From Acidimicrobiia bacterium (GTDB taxonomy: Bacteria > Actinomycetota > Acidimicrobiia > Spongiisociales > JAENVV01), in NCBI GenBank assembly GCA_041577335.1, contig JBFGJH010000020.1, positions 1 through 46,632 of the forward strand: a stretch of 46,632 nucleotides of DNA. Direction: 5' to 3'. The notes below the pieces were generated by a model. It saw nothing but the letters and a program-made list of their open reading frames with translations, did no database searches and was not told where the DNA came from. Below are positions 18,785-26,518 of the stretch, one piece after another (position 1 is the first letter of the stretch; every line of letters starts with the position of its first letter). The translations under genes and the position numbers were made by a program.

Positions 18785-20727
18785 ATGTCGATGTCCACGA
18801 TCCGGATCATCCAATAGATGCCGACTCCCATAAACACCAAACCGCCGAGGAGCGCACCCAAGCCGATGACCGAGCCCAATAGTGGATCGAGGTACGAGCG
18901 GTTGGACACGTAGAGGAAGGCGAAAAGGCCGAACGGCATTGCGGAGAGCACAAAGGCCGAGATTCGGCCCTCGGCGGTCAGCGCTTTCACCTCGCGGCGA
19001 AGCCGGTTGCGCTGGAGCATCGTGTCGGCCACGGTGTTGAGAACCTCGGAGAGGTTGCCGCCGACCTCCCTTTGAATCTCGATCGCCATCACGGCCCAAG
19101 CGAAATCCTCTGACTGTGTGCGGCCGGCAATGCCCTCCAGGGCGTCAACCACGGGGCGGCCAAGACGAATCTCGGTGATGGCTCGGCCGAACTCGCGCCC
19201 GGTGGGGAGAGGCGCCTCGGCTGACACGGCCTCGATCGCCTGGAGTAGCGAGTAGCCGGCGCGAAGAGACGTCGCCAGCAGAGTGAGCGTGTCGGGCAGT
19301 TGGTCCTCGAACTTCAGCTTCTCTCGCCTACCGAGGAAATTGAGCGTGGCGAGGACCAGGATGAAGGCAAACAGCAGCACGAGTGCGGCAAGCAAGAAGT
19401 TGCCCGTGACGGCTGCCACCAACCCCCCCAGGAGCACCGCGCCCAAGAGGGCGAGAGCGATCGCTTCTCCCGGCCTGAGGGCAATATTCGCTTGTTCGAG
19501 CGCTGCGTTGACCGAGTGCAAGAGCCCGCGTCGGCTGGCCACCGACTCGGCTCGATCCGACAGGCTACGCAGCAGCGCGATCTGGAAGATGCCCGAACGC
19601 TGTTCCTTCTCCGGACCGCGCTCGAAGGTGGCCAGCCGTCGCCGGAGCTGGTCCTGCTGGCTCTCTTCTTTCGGCCCAAAGAGAATCCATGCAACTCCCA
19701 GAGTGGCAGCCGCAGCGGCAATAACCGCTACGGCGCGCAGCATCCCAGCAGGCGCGGGCAGGTTGGACGTGATGACATACGGCTCGGGTGCGGCGAGCTG
19801 ACGCTCTTCAGGGATCGTTGCGACGACGTCGCTCGCCACGAACCCGGGCACGCTCACCGTCTCGTTCGATCGCAGGTTTTCATACTGGATCGCGAAGTCC
19901 ACGTCGCTCGGAGCGAACTGGGTGGCGTTGAATCGCAGAACGACCTTGTTGTTCAGTTCCCTACGAATCTGGTCGTAGAGCGAATCGAGCTGGGCCGGAT
20001 CTGTCGTGGCGAGGTAGAGGCCTCTGGAGGCGTCGGATATCTCACGGATCGGGTCGCCGGCGAATTCCTCCGACTCGAGGGCGATCCCGAAGACCCGTAC
20101 CTCACCGTCGACCACGGCTGCGACCGCGTCCTCGAGAGTCGCGGTGCTCGCTGTGTCGCTGCCGTCGGTGAGGGCGATGATGTGGGGCTGCAGATCGGGC
20201 GCCGCGGCATAGAGCTGGGCGCTGCGCACAATGGCGTCGTAGAAAGCGGTGCCACCCTCGGCTTCCAGCTCACTGATGCGAGCTGTCACCGTTCGGGCGT
20301 TGTCTGTGAACGGCACCAGGAAGTTGACCTGGTCAGAGAAGGTAACCAGGGCGATCGAATCTTGTTCACTCTTCTGGTTCACGAACCGGATAGCTGCGTC
20401 CTTGGCGGCCTGCAATGGCTCACCTTCCATCGATCCGGATACGTCGATGGCGAGAACCACCCCGACCTGAACCGACGAGTCTTCGATTTCGAGTACCTCG
20501 AAGCCGTCGATCACAACCCCATCTTGGGAGATCACCATCTGCTCAGGATCGAACTCGTCGATGTTGCGAAACTCGGCGACGACCGTCACTTGGCCGTTCT
20601 CGTCGTAGTTGGCGAGGTTGACGTCGACGAGCACGACCTCTTCTCGCTCGGCCTGTAGTGCCACGGCGGGAAGCGCCAGAAGCATGGCGACGACCAGCAT
20701 CGCGAACCCCAGGAGGTGCCGTTTCAT
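18781..20727 (-). CDS. tadB: TadB (T2SS F family) fused to an N-terminal signal peptide and vWA domain
   Basis: Signal peptide MKRHLL...LPAVA; vWA MIDAS DVSGS...GGT...LTDG. C-terminal TadB motifs FEDQLPDTLTLLATSLRAGYSL, IQREVGGNLSEVL and ALTAEGRISA. Confidence 0.9.
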   Translation of the reverse strand: MKRHLLGFAMLVVAMLLALPAVALQAEREEVVLVDVNLANYDENGQVTVVAEFRNIDEFDPEQMVISQDGVVIDGFEVLEIEDSSVQVGVVLAIDVSGSMEGEPLQAAKDAAIRFVNQKSEQDSIALVTFSDQVNFLVPFTDNARTVTARISELEAEGGTAFYDAIVRSAQLYAAAPDLQPHIIALTDGSDTASTATLEDAVAAVVDGEVRVFGIALESEEFAGDPIREISDASRGLYLATTDPAQLDSLYDQIRRELNNKVVLRFNATQFAPSDVDFAIQYENLRSNETVSVPGFVASDVVATIPEERQLAAPEPYVITSNLPAPAGMLRAVAVIAAAAATLGVAWILFGPKEESQQDQLRRRLATFERGPEKEQRSGIFQIALLRSLSDRAESVASRRGLLHSVNAALEQANIALRPGEAIALALLGAVLLGGLVAAVTGNFLLAALVLLFAFILVLATLNFLGRREKLKFEDQLPDTLTLLATSLRAGYSLLQAIEAVSAEAPLPTGREFGRAITEIRLGRPVVDALEGIAGRTQSEDFAWAVMAIEIQREVGGNLSEVLNTVADTMLQRNRLRREVKALTAEGRISAFVLSAMPFGLFAFLYVSNRSYLDPLLGSVIGLGALLGGLVFMGVGIYWMIRIVDIDI

Positions 20728-22097
20728 CAACGGATCCCGAAGGAGCCTCGTCGAGCGGAAGGCTCAGGGGCGAAGAGATCTGGCGGAAGCTCGACGCCCT
20801 GGTCCTGCAGCTTCTGCGAGAACGAGGGTCGAATCCCGGTTGCCTTGAGATGGCCGAGGTAGCGGCCATCTTCGTCGACGCCCATGCCGAAATCGAACAA
20901 AAACAGATCTTGCAGAGTGATGATGTCGCCCTCCATGCCTTCGACCTCGGTGACATGGGTGACGCGTCGCGTGCCATCGCGCAGTCGGGCGAGGTGAATG
21001 ATGAGGTCGACGGCTGCCGAAGTCTGCTCGCGGATGGCCCGCACCGGCAGATCGAAGCCGGCCATGAGCACCATGGTCTCAACCCTCGACAGAGTATCTC
21101 TCGGCGAGTTGGAGTGCACCGTGGTGAGCGAGCCATCATGACCCGTATTCATAGCCTGGAGCATGTCGAGCGTTTCGCCGCCGCGGACCTCACCGACGAC
21201 GATACGGTCGGGGCGCATGCGCAGGGTGTTCCTGACGAGGTCACGAATCGTGATGTGGCCGGCGCCTTCCAGGTTGGGAGGCCGCGATTCGAGCGACAGC
21301 ACATGCCGCTGGCGCAGTTGGAGCTCGGCGGCATCTTCGACGGTGACAATGCGCTCCGTGTCTGGCAGATAACTCGACACCACGTTCAACATGGTCGTCT
21401 TTCCTGAACCGGTACCGCCGGAGATGACGATATTCAGGCGACCACGAACGCACCCAGCCAGGAAGTCGGCAACCCTCTTGTCAAATGTCGCGTTGTTGAT
21501 CAGGTCTTGTTCGGTCAGCGGGTCGACCGCAAATTTCCGAATCGTCAGGAAGGGCCCACCGATGGCGAGCGGGTGAATGATGGCGTTGACGCGAGATCCG
21601 TCTGGCAGGCGAGCATCGACCATGGGGGTTGCCTCATCGACGCGGCGCCCGACCTGGCCGACGATCTTGTCGATGATGCGGCGGAGATGGACTTCATCGA
21701 CGAAGCGGACAGCCGTCCTCGTCAATTTGCCGTCTTTCTCCACATAGACGGAGTGAGGACCGTTGACCATGACCTCGGTCACGTCCGGGTCGGTCAGGAG
21801 CGGGTCGATGGGACCATATCCGAGTACATCGTTGGCGATGTCATTGATCAGATCGGTGCGGTCCGATGCGGACAAGGGGAGGCCGTGTTCTTGCTCGACG
21901 GCCCACTCGAGCATCTCGATGACGCGCAAACGCAACTCGGCATCCGACATCTGCCGGTCGTACAGGGTCGGCCCGAGCTCCTCGACGATTCGGAAGTGGA
22001 ACTTACCCCGCAGCTCCCGGAATAGCTCGTCGCGCTGTGAGTCGCCCTGATTGGTGGCGGTCTTTGCTGCCGCAACCCTCTCTGATAACGATGCCAT
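20727..22097 (-). CDS. cpaF: Tad pilus assembly ATPase CpaF/TadA
   Basis: GYGPIDPLL, DARLPDGSRVN, GGTGSGKTT, EDAAEL, LRMRPDRIVVGEVRG and AMNTGHDGS. Confidence 0.96.
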   Translation of the reverse strand: MASLSERVAAAKTATNQGDSQRDELFRELRGKFHFRIVEELGPTLYDRQMSDAELRLRVIEMLEWAVEQEHGLPLSASDRTDLINDIANDVLGYGPIDPLLTDPDVTEVMVNGPHSVYVEKDGKLTRTAVRFVDEVHLRRIIDKIVGQVGRRVDEATPMVDARLPDGSRVNAIIHPLAIGGPFLTIRKFAVDPLTEQDLINNATFDKRVADFLAGCVRGRLNIVISGGTGSGKTTMLNVVSSYLPDTERIVTVEDAAELQLRQRHVLSLESRPPNLEGAGHITIRDLVRNTLRMRPDRIVVGEVRGGETLDMLQAMNTGHDGSLTTVHSNSPRDTLSRVETMVLMAGFDLPVRAIREQTSAAVDLIIHLARLRDGTRRVTHVTEVEGMEGDIITLQDLFLFDFGMGVDEDGRYLGHLKATGIRPSFSQKLQDQGVELPPDLFAPEPSARRGSFGIR

Positions 22098-22123
22098 TGC
22101 TCAATCCTTGTGTGGTTGCGGTC

Positions 22124-23290
22124 TCAGCGCCGACGTCGTCCGCGCTTCCGTTCTTCTTCGAAAACCTCAGGTGCCGCCATTATGGCAACGGACTCGAATC
22201 CGCGGGCAACCTTGGAACGCGGAGACGACTCCACGACTGGCCGCCCTTCGTTGATGGACGCAGGGACGAGTCCATCGGATGGCACCGATGCCTTGATCTC
22301 CATCTTCAGTGAGCGCTCGATTTCGTGCTCGTCGAGTCGAGCACGAGCGTTGCTGCGGTTCAGAATCAAACTGATCTTGGTCGATGGGAATTGGAGGAGC
22401 CGGAGCGTCTCGAAAGCCAATTTGGCGTTCTTCACGCTCGGCAAGTCCATATCGACGACATAGAGGACGGTGTCTGCTCTTTCGAACAGTGACAGCAGTG
22501 TCTCATCCAACAAAGAGGCCGTATCGACGATGACGTATTCGAACATCTTGCGAAGCTTGGCGATGATCTCGATCATCATCCGAGAGGAGATGTCGTCAGC
22601 AAAAGCCGGCTCCAATGGGGCAGCGAGCACCGACAGGCCACTCGGGTGCTCTGTGAGGTACGAGCCCAGCAAACTCTCGTCGAGGCGGTGGAGGTCCTGG
22701 GCAGCATTGACGATGGTGTATTTGGGCTCGAGTTGGAGCACCAGGTAGACATCGCCGAATTGAAGGTCGGCGTCGACGACTACCACTCGGTCGGGGCCGA
22801 GCTTGCGGGCGAGCAGCAGCGCGAGGTTGGTCGCGGTCACCGTCTTTCCGCTGCCACCTTTGGCCGACGCCACGGTCAGAACCCGGCCCTCGGTGGTGTC
22901 GCTCACTGGGGCAATTCGATCTGGCTGGCGTCGCGGCGTACGGGACAACTCCGACATGACTTCGGCTGCCTTGGTGGCCGTGAGCGGGCCCTCGACCACA
23001 TCGCGCAGCCCGGCACGCATCGCGGCCTTCAAAAGGAGGGCGCTGACCTCGGGGGCAATCAAGACCATGGGCAGGCCCGGGTCAGCATCGAGGAATGCCC
23101 CGAATTGTTTGACGCCATGCTCGCTGTGGCTGTGCGACGGGCCGATCACCAGCAGATCGACGCCGCCCTGGACCACCCGGTTTTGGGCCTCGTCAACATC
23201 TTGGTAGACGGTCGCTCCCCCGAAAGCGTCGGATGCAAGACCCAGGAAACCGGGGTCGTCATCGACGATGAGGCAGACGAAGTCGCTCAT
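22124..23290 (-). CDS. cpaE: CpaE/TadZ: pseudo-receiver domain plus MinD/ParA-like ATPase
   Basis: Receiver-like N-terminus (IVDDD, but LLVIGP with no acceptor Asp), deviant Walker A KGGSGKT, DADLQFGD and VDT. Confidence 0.88.
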   Translation of the reverse strand: MSDFVCLIVDDDPGFLGLASDAFGGATVYQDVDEAQNRVVQGGVDLLVIGPSHSHSEHGVKQFGAFLDADPGLPMVLIAPEVSALLLKAAMRAGLRDVVEGPLTATKAAEVMSELSRTPRRQPDRIAPVSDTTEGRVLTVASAKGGSGKTVTATNLALLLARKLGPDRVVVVDADLQFGDVYLVLQLEPKYTIVNAAQDLHRLDESLLGSYLTEHPSGLSVLAAPLEPAFADDISSRMMIEIIAKLRKMFEYVIVDTASLLDETLLSLFERADTVLYVVDMDLPSVKNAKLAFETLRLLQFPSTKISLILNRSNARARLDEHEIERSLKMEIKASVPSDGLVPASINEGRPVVESSPRSKVARGFESVAIMAAPEVFEEERKRGRRRR

Positions 23291-24270
23291 CAACGGCCCT
23301 TCAGGAAGTCTTCGAGCCGTTGCAGGCCTGGGAAGAGGTCGGAGAGCACACCGAAATCTGCATAGAGATTGTCGATCGTGACACCTTCGGTGCTGACCGG
23401 CGTGAAATCGTCGGTTGGATGCAGGGTGAGCCATACCCGGCCGGTCTCGTATGCGAAGGCGAGTCGCTCCGCCTGATCAGCGGTCACTTCGAGAGTGAGG
23501 AGTGCGCGGAATTCTTCGTCGGCGGGCGCCTCTTCATCGGTGACTCCATCGCCCCCGATGTTCGCGTCGATGGTCGGTGTCGCCCCTTCTTCCTGGACGA
23601 CGTCTTGACCGACCGCCATGACCTCGACACCTTGAAGCACCGTTCTGGTGTATGTCTTCTCGACTTCCACAAAGAGGTCGGCGTTCGGGTCGGTGGTCCC
23701 GTCGGTCGTGCCGTCGGTGGGAGGCGCCTCCGCAGTTGGGTCGGGCGGAATGTCAGAAAAGACGTCGAACGCGGGCTCACTGGCGAACACCAACTCTTCG
23801 GTGACGATGACGTTGATGAGATCGCCAGGCTTGATGAAATCATTGACGCCGAACTGAGCGGGAGCCGAAATGGTCATAGCCTGTTTTCCACTTGAGATCT
23901 TATCGGCCAAAGGCTCAATGTCGAGCGTGATCTCCACCCATTGGTCGGTTGTGATGATCTGATTGGCGGAAATGGGGCCGGCCGCAACCCGCCCGATCAA
24001 GAACGCTTCCAGGTCGGCTTCGGTCGTGATGGCATTGGCCGGCAGGAAGAGGGCATTCTCCTGGCTCAGGGCGATGCGATTCACACGACTATCGGCCATG
24101 AGGGCGCCTTCAGATCCCTCCGGGATCAGTTCGACGGCCCGATAGACGTCAACCAGCTCGATTCCCGCCTGCGCCTCGGCTTCGGCGTCCGACAGAACCT
24201 GCCAAATTGCATAAGCCGCCAGCCCAGCGAGAAGCAAGGCGACGATCAGAACAAGACCTCTTCTACCCAT
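23290..24270 (-). CDS. cpaB: Flp pilus assembly protein CpaB/RcpC
   Basis: N-terminal TM, SAF-like region, GVNDFIKPGDLINVI, VLQGVEVMAVG and LTLEVTADQAERL; first gene of the tad operon. Confidence 0.85.
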   Translation of the reverse strand: MGRRGLVLIVALLLAGLAAYAIWQVLSDAEAEAQAGIELVDVYRAVELIPEGSEGALMADSRVNRIALSQENALFLPANAITTEADLEAFLIGRVAAGPISANQIITTDQWVEITLDIEPLADKISSGKQAMTISAPAQFGVNDFIKPGDLINVIVTEELVFASEPAFDVFSDIPPDPTAEAPPTDGTTDGTTDPNADLFVEVEKTYTRTVLQGVEVMAVGQDVVQEEGATPTIDANIGGDGVTDEEAPADEEFRALLTLEVTADQAERLAFAYETGRVWLTLHPTDDFTPVSTEGVTIDNLYADFGVLSDLFPGLQRLEDFLKGR

Positions 24271-24491
24271 AATATGTACGACCCACCGTCGGTTAAGTTC
24301 TCGGTCGCGCCCGAGGACATCGTCCCTCCGGACCCGGCTGTCTTCTTGGCATTGTCAGGTATCCCCCCGGTACCTGGTCCGCCGACCGACAAATCTGACG
24401 GCCAGCGCGGACTTCCCTATATGAATCGTTCAATTCCCGCGCCAACTGTAGGGATACCTCAGCACGCCAGGAAGTTTTGTCAATCCGCTGT

Positions 24492-26279
24492 TCAGCGTTT
24501 GCCAATGCCGCGCTCTTTGAGCTCCTGCAGGATAGCTTCGAGCGAGGAGTCGACGTTGAACGAGCGCTCCTCCTCTTCGTCCTTCTCGGTCTCTCGTTGG
24601 AACTCGTGCCGCTCCGGTGGGCGGCGCCGCGGAGGTGCATCCGCGGTACGCTCAGGCCGTTCCTGGTAACCCGGCAACGCTTGCTTGATCGACAGGCTGA
24701 CCCGCCGACGCTCCTCGTCCATCTCCGTGACCTTGACCTTGACGCTCTGGCCAAGAGACAGCTCGAGCTCTGGCGACTCGACCCGGTGCATGGCGATCTC
24801 CGAAACATGAACGAGACCTTCGACACCCTCGCCCACCGAGACAAAGGCTCCGAAGGGCACCGTCTTGGTGACTGAGCCGTCGACAACGTCGCCGATGCCG
24901 TATTGGCGGGCGAACGCTTCCCACGGATCCTCTTGGGTTTGCTTCACCGAAAGCGAGATGCGCTCACGGTCGCGGTCGACTTCCAAGACTCTGACGGTGA
25001 CCTCGTCGCCCACTTTGACGACTTCGCCCGGATGATTGACGTGTTGGTACGAGAGCTCCGAGACGTGAACGAGCCCGTCCATGCCTCCCAAATCGACGAA
25101 TGCGCCGAAGTTCACAACCGATGAAATCTGTCCCGTCCGGACCTCACCAACCTCCAAGTCGTCGAGGAAGGCCTGCCGCTGCTCCGCCTGGGCCTCTTCG
25201 AGGTGGGCCCGGCGGGACAATACGACGTTGTTGCGGTTTCGATCGAGCTCGATCACCTTCGCTTCGATCGTCGTACCGATGTACGGATCGAGATCGCGCA
25301 CCCGACGGAGCTCGACAAGCGATGCGGGCAAGAACCCGCGCAACCCGATGTCGACGATGAGACCACCCTTGACGACTTCGATCACGGGCCCTGAGACGGT
25401 ACCGCCGGCATCGGTGACGCCTTGGATGCGACCCCACGCCCGTTCGTATTGGGCGCGCTTCTTGGACAGGATGAGCCGACCTTCGTCGTCTTCTTTGTCG
25501 AGCACGAGCGCCTCGACGGTGTCGCCGACAGAGACGACGGCCGACGGATCGACAGCCTTGCGAATGGAAAGCTCTTGAAGCGGTATCACGCCTTCGGATT
25601 TGTATCCGATGTCGACGAGGACCTCGTCGTTGTCAACGCTGACAATGGTGCCTTCGACGATATCCCCTTCGCTGAATTCGAGCATTGTGTGCTCGAGCGC
25701 CGCTTCGAAGTCATCGGCAATGGCATCGGGAAGGTCGGAGATTCTCTTCGCCACGATCGCTGCCGGCCCTTGGTATGTCGGGGCCGCCGCAGGATCGACG
25801 CCGGCACCTTCTCCGGCTGCCTCGCCGTCGGCGACTGCCGGCGGAGCAGCGGCGACAGCCGGCTCCGCTGTCGCGACGGCCGCGTCGACCGTCTCTGCGG
25901 ACTCGGGCGATGCCGTTTCGGCTTGTTCGACGGCTGGTACGTCGGCAGTGGCGGCCTCGCCGGCATCATCGTCGGCCGTCACTCCGGCATCACCGGATTC
26001 GGCTGCGGGAACGGCCGTTGATGCATCATCGGGGACGCTCACCTCAGGAGCAGCCACTTCGGCTGCGGGAACGGTCGTTGATGCATCATCGGGGACACTC
26101 ACCTCAGGAGCAGCCACTTCGGCTGCGGGAACGGTCGTTGATGCGTCGTCAGGGAGGCTCTCCTCAGGAGCAGCCGCTTCGGCTGCGGGGGCGGGGGCCT
26201 CGGTGTGGGAGGCTTCTGCCTGCTCGACGCCCTCGTCGATGATCGATTCGGGCGCGTTGTCTGGTTGGTCGTTACTCAT
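24492..26279 (-). CDS. rpsA: 30S ribosomal protein S1 (four S1 domains) with a long acidic N-terminal extension
   Basis: GDIVEGTIV, DIGYKSEGVIP, LILSKKRAQYERAW, GLRGFLPASLV, FGAFVDLGG.DGLVHVSELS and EGLVHVSEI; follows polA. Start ATG 26279 (MSNDQPD) is inferred. Confidence 0.95.
   Translation of the reverse strand: MSNDQPDNAPESIIDEGVEQAEASHTEAPAPAAEAAAPEESLPDDASTTVPAAEVAAPEVSVPDDASTTVPAAEVAAPEVSVPDDASTAVPAAESGDAGVTADDDAGEAATADVPAVEQAETASPESAETVDAAVATAEPAVAAAPPAVADGEAAGEGAGVDPAAAPTYQGPAAIVAKRISDLPDAIADDFEAALEHTMLEFSEGDIVEGTIVSVDNDEVLVDIGYKSEGVIPLQELSIRKAVDPSAVVSVGDTVEALVLDKEDDEGRLILSKKRAQYERAWGRIQGVTDAGGTVSGPVIEVVKGGLIVDIGLRGFLPASLVELRRVRDLDPYIGTTIEAKVIELDRNRNNVVLSRRAHLEEAQAEQRQAFLDDLEVGEVRTGQISSVVNFGAFVDLGGMDGLVHVSELSYQHVNHPGEVVKVGDEVTVRVLEVDRDRERISLSVKQTQEDPWEAFARQYGIGDVVDGSVTKTVPFGAFVSVGEGVEGLVHVSEIAMHRVESPELELSLGQSVKVKVTEMDEERRRVSLSIKQALPGYQERPERTADAPPRRRPPERHEFQRETEKDEEEERSFNVDSSLEAILQELKERGIGKR
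25998..26189. repeat. 60-bp in-frame tandem repeat (about 3.2 copies) inside rpsA
   Basis: Unit TTCGGCTGCGGGAACGGYCGTTGATGCATCATCGGGGACRCTCACCTCAGGAGCAGCCAC recurs at a 60-nt period and encodes PAAEVAAPEVSVPDDASTTV. Confidence 0.95.
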
Positions 26280-26408
26280 AGGTTTGCTGTTGGTACCTTT
26301 CAGGGAAGCTCTCGCGGCGCGCGCGAACGGCCGCGAGGCATGGAGAACTCTAGCAAGGACCCCGCCCAGAGCCAACAGGCATGCCGAACCAAATGAGTAT
26401 CGGCCGAG

Positions 26409-26518
26409 GCATCGGTTCTCTCAAACGTGATCGCTGAAGGCGATCACGCCCTGACAAGGTGAGAAACCGAGCATCGGTTCTCTCAAACGTGATCGCTGAA
26501 GGCGATCACGCCTTGACA
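26409..26518. repeat. Two 48-bp direct repeats (one mismatch, 62-nt period), each containing a hairpin; one copy overlaps the polA stop
   Basis: GCATCGGTTCTCTCAAACGTGATCGCTGAAGGCGATCACGCC(C/T)TGACA at 26409-26456 and 26471-26518; hairpin CGTGATCGC-TGAAG-GCGATCACG. Confidence 0.9.

Noticed and set aside
24271..24491. c-di-GMP riboswitch upstream of cpaB
   Set aside because: Hairpins and a GACAGCCGG segment are present, but the GCAAA/GAAA tetraloop-receptor core is not. An Infernal search would be needed to exclude it fully.
25998..26189. 60-bp periodic repeat as CRISPR or iterons
   Set aside because: The units are contiguous without unique spacers and lie in frame within rpsA.
26409..26518. 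Palindromic direct repeats as a mini CRISPR array
   Set aside because: There are only two copies, the 14-nt spacer is far too short, one copy overlaps the polA stop, and no cas genes are present.
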